Shown here: piece by piece, positions 51,540-64,000 of the stretch
How the letters are laid out: every line of letters starts with the position of its first letter
Position numbering within the stretch: position 1 is the first letter of the stretch
Origin: Anthoceros angustus
Lineage: Eukaryota > Plantae > Anthocerotophyta
Direction: 5' to 3'
Assembly (NCBI GenBank): GCA_010909165.1
Contig: MU008158.1
Coordinates: 1,947,478 to 2,011,477 of the forward strand
Length of the DNA: 64,000 nt
The notes under the pieces: model-generated
What the model saw: only the letters and a program-made list of their open reading frames with translations
Told to the model about the DNA's origin: nothing
Database searches by the model: none
Made by a program: the position numbers and the translations under genes

Positions 51540-51950
51540 CAAGATGGTTGTGATACAAGTCTCCCGTTTGCCATGCGAACAAGTGGCGCCATCTGGCGGC
51601 TTGGGGTTCCGATGTAGGGAAGTTGCCTACTCAAATTGGCAGCTAAGTACCTCGAGAGGAGTCGGTCGAATCCTCCTTCCGGGTTTTGGAGAATAAGTGA
51701 CAAATTTTGGACACTCTGGAGAGCGATGAGACGCGCCCTCGTCGGATCATCTTATGGAGGAGGAATGGGAGCACCATGGATGTGGTCTTGGCGAGTGGGG
51801 ATAAGCTTCTTGATTCAAGAATCTCGTTCTCTCTGGTTACATCCATCATATGCTATGATGGATGCTATTGACAACGACCCCTACGTTACATGGATCGTCT
51901 TAATTGGCAAGTGGGGATGGCTCTTGATTTCAAAGAACCTCGTTTAGTCT
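51540..51950 (+). mobile_element. possible L1 LINE fragment (post-RT region)
   Basis: PSGGLGFR followed by AAKY..SGFWRI, typical of plant L1 ORF2 downstream of the RT domain. Confidence 0.35.
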
Positions 51951-52034
51951 TCACTATGATGGACAACTAGTGGTGATTCCCTAACCTTTTGTAGTCTTGC
52001 TTGCTTTGAGGATATGGTGACATGGAATGCCCTT

Positions 52035-52100
52035 ATGGGTACAAGGGCTTCTGGAGAATGTAGTGGTGGGCACCTACGTGGACATGTATGCAAAATTGGT
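52035..52100 (+). pseudogene. isolated PPR motif fragment
   Basis: QGLLENVVVGT.VDMYAK. Confidence 0.5.
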
Positions 52101-52269
52101 GGCGGAAAATGCACCAAGTTTTGTGATTGAGCGACCCATGAAAGAGGGCGGTCTAAGGTGTTGCCCGATTTTGCAAATGGAATCGAATGTCATGCGCACA
52201 AGAGATCCGCAATGGCTTGCGAATCATCGAGCAAAATTCACGAGCATTGAGAAGGCGGTGCAACATGCT

Positions 52270-52865
52270 CCACACACCATCATTCACCATGCATGTCAAC
52301 AACCTCCTCCTTTCCAAGCTTGGGCAATAATCTTGGAGACGCCTCTAAACGCGTTGGTCGTAATCACGAAGCACTGGAAGAGAACTCAAGCTTGCGTCTT
52401 CCGCGTCTTCCACATCTCTCCATCGGTGTTGAAAATGCCATTCCCCAACAGCTCTTCCGATGTGGAAGGATTCCTTGCCCGCATGAACTTGGTGCGTTCG
52501 CATTTTGAAGCGAGACAAACACATGTGTGTCACAAGCATCCAAGATGCTCGAATCGAGCATCCCATTCCGTAGTACACCGTTAGGATTCGATCCATTACC
52601 TTAGGGAAGTTCTCGTTGCTCGAATGTGCTCAATGTTGGGTGGGTGCGTCGTGGCGGTGAAAGCTGCGGTGAAGTGCGGGCACTCTCGCGTACGCTCTTA
52701 GCGAAGGCGTGAGCCGGTCCAACAAGGTATCTTTGTGACGAATTATTCAGCTGTGCAATTCTTGGCCAGCCCTTGGGACCCGTGTATCCTTCTCGACAAC
52801 CCATAGCTCGTGCAGAGATAGAGTACAAAGGCAACCTCGGCCGGGATCCAAGTCAAGGCATCCAT
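52270..52865 (-). pseudogene. captured 5' part of a CYP86-clan (CYP704-like) cytochrome P450, two exons with intron
   Basis: MDALTW..TGPKGWP..QLNN..PNIEHI..NFPK|GT-intron|GKE..ELLGNGIFNTDGEMWKT.RKT.SLEFSS.VLRDY. Confidence 0.82.
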
Positions 52866-53531
52866 GGTTGCCTTGACTTTGGAACACCACTCCAATGTCT
52901 TGCCAATCAGCCGCAAGTTGCCGTGCAAGGAATTGATACCCCAAACTGGGCATGCTCACTCGGTTATTTGCCCATGGTGGCGGACTAAAAGACCTAAAAT
53001 GCCATTGCCATACCTGCTGGAATCCTTTCCTTCTCACCGCATAATTTTGGAGGCAAAGCGCACAGTCACAAGATGCTCCCTCCTTGGTGCGCCACCACGG
53101 ACTTGGCTTGCCCGGTGGTGTGATGATCCGGTGATGTTGTTCTCTCCCAAACTCCCATTATGCGGTGATCACATCCGCATACCTCGGAATATGTACGTGA
53201 CCCCAGAATTGGTTATATATTATGGGCCATGCCATATCCATCCCGCACCTTTTGTCACAATACAAATGTCTTGAATAATGGATGACGCATTGACGGGGTG
53301 GTGATGCCCGCAAGAAGACGATGTGAGTCATCCATGCTACGTGGCGGGTGCGGTGACATGATCATTGATGAGCGGGCACGTATGGTTGATTGGTCGCCAA
53401 GAAAACAAAATACATATGCGGTCGAAATGGCGACACATTGTACAATTTGCGTGACGGCAATGAAATGCCCGCCACCTCAGTTTTCGGTTTGCTCCACTTG
53501 GAAGGTGAGGCACCATGACCCACCATGACCC

Positions 53532-53870
53532 ATCATTCACAACAAGCGAGTTCAACTCCTGACAAGAGGCTGAAACATGGGAGACATGAGGTGAGCACTT
53601 TGTTCGCAACTCTGGATGGACAATTAGCAAGGTCAGTCTTGATCGTGGCCACCTCTGCTTCCTCTGCCGTTTCCTTGCACTCATGCTATGTTTTTAGGAG
53701 CTTCATTCACAACAAGCGAGTTCAACTCCTGGACAAGAGCTGAAACATGGGAGACATGAGGTGAGCACTTTGTTCGCAACTCGATGGACAATTAGCAAGG
53801 TCGTGGCCGATCCCTGCTTCCTCTGCCGTTTCCTTGCACTCATGCTATGTTTTTTAGGAGAGCTTCATTC
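53532..53870. repeat. ~170 bp tandem duplication
   Basis: CATTCACAACAAGCGAGTTCAACTCCTG.. starts at 53532 and 53704. Confidence 0.88.
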
Positions 53871-56439
53871 TCACATATGCTTCCAAATGTTTTCACGGCA
53901 TCACGGATCTTGAGTGCATGCATCATGTGGCGACACACAGGGCACATGTAATCTATATGGTGACCATGTTACTCTTTTGCCTCAAAGCAAAAACTAACAT
54001 AGGCCGCCAGTGGATCATGACTATGTTCGATGGCTGGCGAGCGATGTGGTAGCCCTTCGTGGTGGACTTGGCACGATGGGTGAGATCGGTAGAATACCCC
54101 AAAACGCAGCATGCCTGGAGAGGCGATACACGTGCAAGATCGCTTTGCAATGGACTTTGTACATGAGACTACGTTGTGAATTTGGTGTAAAGCGTGCAGG
54201 CTGATCTCGGCCTTGTCATACATTTTACAACATACAACTTTACAGCGGTGTGTTGTAAATTAGACTATGTTGTAAAAGTTGTGGGAGGCCTATCTTGGCC
54301 TCTCTTAAACGCTTTACAATGTACTGGAGGTTTGCAATGGATCGTGTTGTAAATTAGATTAGGTTATGCGTATGTTGTAAAACATGAGAGAGGCACGATC
54401 CTGGCCGTCTCAAACATTTTACACGTACAATTGGGCTTTACAGCGGACCGTGTTGTAAACACGGTCCATTGCAAAGCAATTGAATGCTTTGTCTTAGGGA
54501 GGAGGTGACCGTCGGAGAGAAGGCGGGAGGAGGTGTGACGGTCAGAGGTGTGTTTGGGTATAACTCTTCACTCCCACTTGTTGATCATTTTGGAAAGTGA
54601 TGCTCCAACAACGGATCATCTCCGGTCCTTGTAGGATGGAGTCGGGTGAAAGCTGCGGATGCATTGCGTTATTGCGTTGCTCCTCGCCCGGTATATATTC
54701 GAGCGTGCGGTGAGAAACCAGTCCTCACCGGTGCGTTATATTCCTCTTCTTCATCTTCACGCTCTGCAATTGGAGAAGGGGTTGTGGAGCGTAACGATCG
54801 AGATGTCGTCCTCCTCTAAGGATGCGAACCCCCGCAAGAGACTCCCTAGGCGCTGCGGCAAGCAAGGCGGCTAGGACAACCTCCTCTGCGCAAGGGACCG
54901 GCGACCTGCTGCTGCGGGAAGCTCGAGCCGACCAAGCGGAGCGCCCTCTTGGCTGTGGCGGCTGAGGACTAGGCGCGAGGCCATAATCGGGAGGACATGG
55001 GAGGTCCTCCATTGCGGCTTCTTCCACAATTTCTCCCACGCGTGCCCCTCGCCCTGCGCAAGAGGGAGCTCGGGGCCTCTGACCTGTGGGCTGAGGCTAT
55101 GTCTGACGGAGGAGGTGAGGCCCTCACGGCCTCGAATTTCCCTCGAGGTAACCACGATAAGGATGTGAAAATTGTGAGCCTAGGCAGCAGCAGCTCTCCT
55201 ATCTGTATCGATGCAAGCATCCGTCGGTCATGAAGCGGATCGAGTGCGTGTTCTGACCTGTTCCCGTCATGTTGTAAGCCGCCATGAAGTGACACGGGTT
55301 TTGCTTCATCTCGCTCCTACTCCCACTCGCTCTAAAGCTATCTAATTGCTTTGTGTCTTGACCGAGGATCTCTTGAGGATTGAGGAGGATCTTGTTCCCG
55401 AAGATGACATGCGGTGAGGACTCCGATGCTGAGGCCTCCAGTCCTCCGACTCGGAGAATCCAAAGGAAGAGTCCTCCGGCGGCCGAATCGAGGGATTAGG
55501 TAGCAGGGCATGTAGGCTAGTTGGGGTTAGATAGGAAAGTTCCGGACTCTCCTAACCCCGGACCTCCATAACATCGTGCGCTCTTTTGAAAGAGCTTTCG
55601 TTAATATCTCGGGTTTTCTTGTGTAGGCACATACTCCGGTTGCTTGACTAACCTTGCTTGCGTTTGGGATCGTGTTTGAGCTCGAAGTGAGATCAAGATT
55701 CGGAAGTGAGATGAGGAGTCAAAGTGTGAGCTCCTCTTCACTCGAAGGTCACCAGAGGATCCTTCAACCTTAGCACTAAGGATCTAAATACTCCTATGTG
55801 TTTTTCGGTGGAATCACCTCAATGCCATTACACTAATGACATTTCGTCCACATGTCCTTCAACCTCTTCCAGATCTGCGGTGACATTTCAACATTTCAAC
55901 ATGCCTCTACATTTCGGATGTTACGACTAACCATGCTTCGTGAAATCCCTCCAGTGGTTTTTCAGCAATTACGGCATACTATGTAGATTATCGGCAAGTG
56001 AAGGCCTATCGAAACTCTATACCTATTGCGTCTATTAGAAATTAGCTCGGGCGGTATCTGGCGCTCTGGCCATTTCATTAGGCGACTTTGTCTGCTAATA
56101 TGCAAGAACTGCATATCATTGTATTACAAATCTTTATATGTAGCAATCAGCTTGTCCTAGTGTATCTCCATTGGAATTGCGTAAGGCGCAATCCAAAGGA
56201 AGTACACTAGGATTCCTAGATTCGCAGTTGCTATAAAATTTTTCAACCGGTATACCCCGGCCTAGGGTTGAACTCACTACTCCGCCATGGAGTAGCGAGA
56301 TTGTATACATGTCTGGCGGGCCCTTGATGAGTCGGCCAATTTTACCCCTGCTCTACCTAACATGCATATATAGCCCTACATGCAATATCTAGAAAACGGA
56401 ATTCCCATGGTTCAAGGAAGTTGCCTTCCTCGGCCTCGA

Positions 56440-56700
56440 AATAGGTTTCTATCTACATGCTACTTTTCCCAAGGACCAAGGAACATCCTTCCGAAACCCC
56501 AAGACCAAGGACTAGGTTTCTATCTACATACCATTTTCCCAAGGACCAAGGAACATCCTTCCAGACCAAGGACTCGAAATAGGCTTCTATCTACTTGCTA
56601 CTTTTCCCAAGGACCAAGGAACATCATTCCGAAACCCTGAAGACCAAGGACTTGAGTCTGTTCCTTCCGAAACCCCAAAGACCAAGGACTTGAGTCCTAC
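56440..56700. repeat. short tandem repeats (TTTTCCCAAGGACCAAGGAACATC)
   Basis: Three full copies plus partial GACCAAGGACT copies. Confidence 0.8.
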
Positions 56701-56798
56701 CTATTTGAATAGATAGGACTACCGGACTCAGGTAGCGGACTTGAGCGGCCACCGCTTCTCTGTGTGACCACACCAAGTAACCGTCCTCCCACCACCAC

Positions 56799-58740
56799 TT
56801 CCTAGGACTCCCCTCTTGTGCGTGGGAAACTAGGCGAGGTAAGAGGAGCTCTCGCTCGCCTAACATTCGGTGCAAGGAGTCCGGTGAGGTCCTCGGGTTA
56901 AACAACATGTTCAAGCCGACTTGTTGGATGAGAAGCTTGTTTCTTTGAATATGCAGTGGGTCATTGTGCTTCTCCTTCCAAGTCGAGCTCTCGAAAGCCC
57001 GAGCACAGGAGGTGTGCGGATTGGATATGGGAGTCGTGACACCATCGGCGTTATGTGAGTAGAGAAGCTTCGAGGCCGTTGGAGCTCAGAAATCTAGCGT
57101 AGATAGACTATTCTATTCCTCATCCATCTATATGTCGTGCTAAAACTTTGTGCGATAAGAAGGACATGGTTGTGGGATGACGCGTTCATGATCTCACATC
57201 AAACTTGGGTGAGTCAATCACATACTTGGGGAACCATATCTTGCGGATGTATGTATCGGAGGTAGGCTACGGAGGGTGGGCAAACCAAATCCCTTCATGT
57301 GGTTTTCAATAATCTCCACATGCTACACATGGGGAGCCTAATGAGGCGATACAACTTTACTATGCGATGTGTCGCTCGGTGTGGCGGATGCCCACATCTT
57401 TGTAGCAGCCCTTCAAGCTTGTGCATTTCTTTGTGGACACGAATCTAGCGAGAAAAGTGCGCGATATGTTGCAGTGACATTCCACCGAACTTGTTTATGC
57501 CAATGCGGTGGACATGTACGCATACGTGTGTTGGAAGAGACACACGGTTTTCGATAGGTTAGGCGAAGGATGTCGTGACATGGACGGCCCGATAGTTGGG
57601 TATGCAAATCATGGGCTTGGCCAAGAGGCGCTTGTTCATGGACAAATGGAGAAGGAGGGCACGATTGTGGGCAACCATGTTACCTTTGCTTGCCTTCCAA
57701 GGCTGTGCAACGCAAGTGCCTTACGGAAGGCGGCGGTGCACTCCAGTTGTGGAGAGGACCTAGATAACACACTTGTGGGCACTTGCACGGTGGACATGTA
57801 GGCAAAGTGTGGCGAAGTAGAAGATGCGCATCAAGTTTTTGAATGCTTGAGCCCAAAGGATGTGGTGACTTGGAATGCCACGATTCTTTGGGTATGGACG
57901 AGAAGGGCTTGGTCAAGAGGCGCTATTTTGTATGGACAAATGAAGGAGGGCACCTTGTGGCGATGAGGTTACTTTTGCTTGCCTTTTGAAGGCATGTGCA
58001 AGCATTGGTGCCTTCTGAAGGCGGATGCCCACATCTTTGTGACCCTTCAAGCTTGTGCATTTCTTTGTGGACACGAATCTAGCGAAAAGTGCACGATATG
58101 TTGCAGTGACATTCCACCGAACTTGTTTTGCCAAGCTCGGTGGACATGTACGCAAACCGTGGTGAATCGGAAGAGACACACCACGGTTTTCGATAGGTTA
58201 GGCGAGAAAGGATGTCGTGACATGGACGGCCCGATAGTTGGGTATGCAAATCATGGGCTTGGCCAAGAGGCGCTTGTATGGACAAATGGAGAAGGAGGGC
58301 TGATTGTGGGCAACCATGTTACCTTTGCTTGCCTTCCAAGGCTGTGCAACGCAAGTGCCTTATGGAAGGCGGGCGTGCACTCCGCAGTTGTGGAGAGGAA
58401 GGCTAGATAACACACTTGTGGGCACTTGCACGGTGGACATGTAGGCAAAGTGTGGCGAAGTAGAAGATGCGCATCAAGTTTTTGAATGCTTGAGCCCAAA
58501 GGATGTGGTGACTTGGAATGCCACGATTCTTTGGGTATGGACGAGGGCTTGGTCAAGAGGCGCTATTTTGTATGGACGAATGCACAGGAGGGCTGCTTGT
58601 GGCGATGAGGTTACTTTTGAAGGCATGTGCAAGCATTGGTGCCTTCTGAGGAAGGGCGTGCACTCACGGCTTGTGCAAAGAGGACATTTGGATAACGTGC
58701 TTGTGGGCCGGTGGACTGTATGCCAAGATGCATGCCTCGT
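56799..58740 (+). pseudogene. captured PDF-motif PLS-PPR gene fragment, paralog of the gene at 2-2563, with internal ~640 bp duplication
   Basis: SRSPNIRCKESGEVL.LNNMFKP..LDEKL..NMQ parallels 230-340; KDMVVG.RVH, GNHILRMY, MWFSIIS, AHIFVAALQACA and KDVVTWNA follow. Duplicated blocks start at ~57383 and ~58021. Confidence 0.85.
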
Positions 58741-60399
58741 TTTGAGACTTGGCTAGGAAAATTCTTACACCGACATTTACAATGCTGGCACTATTTATAA
58801 ATCGATAAATTTGTATAACATTTTACAATGTATTTGCAATGAACATGCGACATCATATTTCACTAATATATAGCCTCATAAATGACATAAATCAGAAAAG
58901 GTCTCTTCCACATATTTACAACGGCATTTGCGACAAGCATGCCACATCAGCAATCTTACTAATATATAATCTCATAAATTACATAAATAAGGAAAAGGCA
59001 TGCCACATCGCAATCTTACTAATATATAACCTCATAAATTACATAAATAAGGAAAAGGTCTCTTCCAAAATTTTACAGCATTTTACAAACATGCCACATC
59101 AGCAAATAATATATTTATTCATGGATATTGGCTGGCTTGTGCATTTTACAACCATAGTTACGACGCATGTGCCACGTCGAAAATATACAATAAAATGAAT
59201 AATCCAATAATATAACATAAATTGGAGAAACCATTTTACAATGATATTTGCAATGAGCTTGCCATGTCAGCAAATAATAAATTTATTTATAGATATTTAT
59301 ATAAAATGGTTTTCATGCATTTTACAACCATAGCTACAATGCATGTGACACGTCGATAAATACAAAAAAAAGATAATCCCATAACTAACATAAATCCAGA
59401 GAAACATATTTACAACATCATTTGCGAACTTGCCACATCAGCAAATAATAAATCTATTCATAGATATTCCAATAAATGGTATTATTCCAAAAATCAAGTC
59501 TTGCACAATTTACAACCACATCTACAACAAACATGGTTTACAACGTCTTTTACAAGTACCGTTTACAACATCCTTTATGCCACGTCATTATAAATTCAAC
59601 AAAATGTAGTTTTATTAACAAATAACCCCCATAGTTTTCTAAATCAAAAGAGTTTATGCACAATTAACAACGTCATGTACAACGAGCAAGCCATGTCAAC
59701 AAACCCCGTTGTAAAATTTGTGTCAACATGCCATGTCAACAAATCCCGTTGTAAAATTGTCAACATGCCATGTCAACAAACCCCCATTGTAAAATCCATG
59801 CCACATCATATTAGTTAGGAACCCTTGTTGTAAATGTTCAAAAACTTACAACAGGGCTTTGAGCTGTAGTAAGAGTGTTGTAGTTTCCTCTAACTAAACT
59901 TAGACCCATTTGTAAAAGGTAGCCCCTCCTTGTAGTGTCCAAGTACCTTGGCATGTACAGATGGAATATTCCTCAAAATGCTAAGAACATTCTGGATTAC
60001 GCGGTTACGTGGGCTAGCTCAAGCCTGCATAGTGTCCATGTCCTGGCCAAGCACCGGGTGCTCACATTTCATGGTCCTTGCAGGGTCGACCTGGGAGAAG
60101 GCAAATAGACCAAGCAGAGAGGTCGCCTCGGCAATGCCACGATGCGGGGCTATTGGCGTTGGAATGGGAGTTATGCAAGGTTCTCCTCGGTTGATGTTGC
60201 TCCACCAGCTACCATGGACAGGTGTGGTGACGGTCCTACAAGCGGCCTCATGACAGGATCTCGCAGTCCCTCGGTCGATGGAGGTGAGGACGGCAGGGTG
60301 AGGGGATCAGGTGATTCTCTTGAGTCCGGCTGTCGCTTCACCCACCTAAATCATGGCGCTTGATGCTCGTGAACAAGGGAGGGGCGGGCGACAATGGCG

Positions 60400-62890
60400 G
60401 ACAGATTGGACACAGCTGTAATTGCGCTGTAGCATGCACGAAGGAGCATTGCAGCCTCTTTTGACATTGACGGTCAGGTGCAAGTGATCAAAGTCGGTTT
60501 ACGCCTCAATAGCTCGCTTCATGTCCAAGAGTCGTTCAACATCTCGAGACGGTATATGAACAAGATTTTCTATGTGATACACATTGCTTTTGCCCAAGCC
60601 GAACACGCCCAAGTAGCCGGCGGAAGCTTACATAAGATCCTGCCACTGTCTCAAAGTGTTTGTCGCGTACCCGGCTGCCAGCGATTGTAGTATATCTTGG
60701 GGTGACAGGCGTGCAACCCGCCACCGATGCAGACTTGTGACGGACCCGGGAGGTGGGGGAACAACCGAGTGCCTTTAAGACATTCTTTCACTTCCCACTT
60801 CTACAGCTCCAACGGCTTTTCAAGTGTCCGAGCCCTACAAGTGAAATGACATGGTGGGCAAAGAACCCGGATGGGAAGTCGAGGATTTTAGCGATACACC
60901 GGCGTGAGAGTACTTGATACGTGGATGATTTCGCAATGACCATAGAAACCGCCGTCAAAAGATTGCAAGATGGGGTGAACCCGGTGAGCATCGATCAAAT
61001 GCAAAATCAATCGGCTGTTATGTTGATCATTCATAACCTTCCTCCTTGGGTGTCGACGAAGAAGGAGAGGATACTCTTATCTTTGATTATCCCAGAGACC
61101 ACGCGGTCCCAAACTTTTGATGTTTACCTCGAGCCATTGATTTAATTACAGCACAATTATGGCATCCCTTGCGAGGATTACGGGTGAGGCGATCCAACCC
61201 GCATTTCACCTCTCGGGGAGCACTTATTATGGCCATGTGACTACCAGACTAGGGACGTTGTTTGGGCTTCAAGCGACTTGTATTGAGTGCGGTCTGGTCT
61301 TGGTGCGAGGTGATGCAGATCTCGACAAATGTTTGTTTGAGGGCATCGCAGTGGTGCCGGGCATGGATGACCACGCCCGTAGTCGAAACCGCGAGGCTTT
61401 TCAACAACAAGCCGAGGATCGTGCGCCTCACCGCACCATGCGGATGTAATTATGAAATGGAGCGTTGAGACGTGCAGTGTGGCACGACATGGCGATGGGG
61501 AGTGACTAGGATGGTCTAATCTTGCGTGCTTTGCCTTACTTGTGTTTTACACAAATTATGGATAAAGGACATTATGCACGTGGAGGTAAAATGCAAAGCA
61601 ATATGGTCCACCTTAAGTGGCAAAAGTGACACCATTGGTCGCAGGGCGGATTTGGAAGAAATTGACTCAAAGCCCCAGCTATGGGCAATGGAGGATGGGG
61701 ATGCTGTCAGATGCACGATACCTCGTAGCCTATTGCCGTGATTTCAGGCGATCAGGGTGAAATAAGAGATATGAGGCCGCCACCGGTTTCGAGCAAATTT
61801 GAAGGCGTGTTTTCTGGCGAAAGTCACGGAATGAAAAGCCATGATTGGCATTGTATGCATTGCGGTACTATCTCGCCCATTGCCTTACGGGCGCTTGCCA
61901 CCTCGCGAGTTCCAAGTTGTAAGCGCCTCGGCCGTGATGTATAGATGGTTGTGCTCAAGGAGATTGCGTCGCCGATATTCGCGGATGAAGTTGGAGGTTA
62001 TAGACATCATGGTGTCCTTGGAAATGCACATGCCATCAACTTTCCGAATAGCATGCAAGATCTTATTATACACCTTGTGGAAGCGCATGGAACGGTTCAT
62101 TGCCGCCGGATGTACCTCGTGTCTGCAGTACATGCAGTCCTAAAAGTCATGTTCACAAAGAGCAAGACCGAGAGGGAGCATGGCCGGGTATGTGGCCATG
62201 GAGGCCATGCATTATGCCGCGGTGAATACCGCAGACATCCTTCCCAGCATGCCACACTATATCGAGAAATTGCCATTTGCACAAAGAGGAGTTGTTGGTT
62301 GGGCAAGCAAAAAAAGACACTCCACCTGCACCGGTATAAGCGCCTTCATTGGTACCTACCATTCGATTCAAGTCCTCGCGCCAATGAGAAGTAGACATGC
62401 TATGGAGGGCTCCGGATGGCGTGGATTTCATGATGTGGTTGCGAGAGTCCTTGCAGGGGTAGATGGGCTGACCACGGAACGAGATGACGCATAGCTCGCC
62501 GGTGGGGCCCAAGGACTGTGGTGAAGAGTTATCGAGGCTTGAATACAAGGGGTACCATTTTAGATCATTTGGGCGGTGATGAAGGCCTGACATCCACTCG
62601 TGGATAGTTGGGTTACGGTCATTTGAGATGGTAGGTGCCGATTAAACACTGAGTTCTTTGGCCGGATATTGGAGATCCTTGAAGTGGAGTGTGAAGGAGG
62701 AGACTTTCGTGACAATCATATTGAATGTGCATTGGTACCAATGTTCGAAGTGATTTAAAGAGCCACCATCCATGGTGCGTGATTTCAGGAGTTCGGGAGT
62801 TGACACGTACCGTGCAGGTATAATCGAACCATCAAAGCAGGCCCTACACTTTCCGGCGCATGTAACTCAAGTGTTTGCTCATCGGATGTA
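60400..62890 (+). mobile_element. second degenerate CACTA TnpD transposase (host element)
   Basis: DGVNP..VMLIIHNLPPWVSTKKERILLSLIIP..FDVYLEPLI, DIMHVE, GMKSHDWH, EGSMA-like, YKGYHFR. Confidence 0.85.
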
Positions 62891-64000
62891 ATGCCCGCAA
62901 CAAAGGCGTGGATGATATGCACACCAAGACCGCTGTGGGACCGCTCGTGTGAGCCCTTAGAAGCATAAACTTTGATGTTCTATGTGGGGATATGCACACT
63001 TTATTGTTGCGGGTGGAGCCCCTACCCACCAAGTGAAATTACCATGCTCTAACATCCATTATGACACGGCAGCGAGGCTATGTGTGTAAGGTCACGATCA
63101 TAAACAATGATAGCGAGCATGTAATGGCGGATATGCGGAGTGTATACCATTTTGACCACTCACCGTTAGCTCGTTCTTAACGCTTGCTTCGCGCAAGTCT
63201 CTCCTTGTGCCACGTTTGGATAGAAGTAGTAGTAGCTGGGTCCGAGGTTAGAAGCCGTGGACCATCCGACCATGCGAGCTTAAGACGACGGAAGCAATTT
63301 GGCATGCTATTTCAAAAAGCATGTAACGAGTCCTTGAATAAAGACCACAATTGGGCTTCGATCCGATTCTAGTAGGCACTTTGTCCTCTAGAATGGCGTG
63401 GGACGCCGATGGGACCGAGTTGGAGCTTGCATTGCAGCTTAGCATGCGATGGTGTCGCGAGGAATGTGCCGGGGGCAGTGGCAAGCAATTGTTGTCACCA
63501 TGAGAAGAGGGCTGAAGCGGCGTGAGCAAAGGCGGAGCACGGCGATGAAATGCTCCCGCTCGAGCATTGGTGTGTGCCAGCATCACGCTTTGTCGACGCC
63601 GGCGATGGATGTGTTCAAAATTTTTCCCGTGTGCATGCAGAAACGTGGTACTGCGGCCATCTCTGGCAGGCAACCCGTGACTAAGATGGAGCCTCCGGCC
63701 GGGCAAATTTACACAAGCCCGGTTAGGGCCGCAACCTACAGGTTCCCATAGAAGGCTCCTTGGAGGAGGAGGAGGAGATTACGCCAAGTGTGGCGGGGAG
63801 CAGGACCGAGGCGTGTTGATGATGATGACAAGGTAAGAGTACACATCACGACGCATAGTCTACCCACTTTTCGCCCACGCCTGCGCTGTTCATATTGGTG
63901 ACGCGCTCTTGTTTTGAGTGCAAGGGGCACTTGGTGGTGTCGACGGCAGAGACAATGGTCGTGAAAGGGACCATTGTTGATGAATTATTGTCCGGAGGAC

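Larger units (their letters stand above)
35613..59937 (+). mobile_element. complete 24.3 kb CACTA (En/Spm) element with cargo
   Basis: Left TIR CACTACAAG at 35613, right CTTGTAGTG ending at 59937, 3-bp TSD TCC on both sides, dense TTACAAC/GTTGTAA and GCCACATCA subterminal repeats at both ends, internal TnpD transposase. Confidence 0.92.

Noticed and set aside
54490-55500. Retroelement accessory ORF
   Set aside because: Too fragmented to assign to a family.

Overview
Nuclear DNA of a flagellated-sperm land plant, most likely a hornwort. The inference rests on a WW-type PG box in a PLS-PPR editing factor, axonemal genes, and compact genes with short introns. The left third (1-22.4 kb) is gene-dense: a PLS-class PPR gene with an in-frame but stop-interrupted N-terminal OSB-type 'PDF' motif, a DnaJ-ferredoxin (DJC76-like) gene, CFAP99, CFAP77, a SAMC-like mitochondrial carrier, histone H2A and PRP38B. 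The middle (22.4-35.6 kb) is a decayed repeat zone with an intronless HECT E3 ligase pseudogene, a Copia gag remnant, a PIF1-like fragment and an ~870 bp fold-back palindrome. The right part holds a complete 24.3 kb CACTA element (35613-59937, TIR CACTACAAG, TSD TCC) apparently nested in a second CACTA. Besides its transposase it carries a spliced SET-domain gene and captured fragments of COP1, a CYP704-like P450 and a PDF-PPR paralog. Many frameshifts in this element fall at CAG/CTG/CG sites or homopolymers and may be long-read methylation basecalling errors. All family calls are by motif recognition from memory; no searches were run, and exon boundaries are approximate unless stated.
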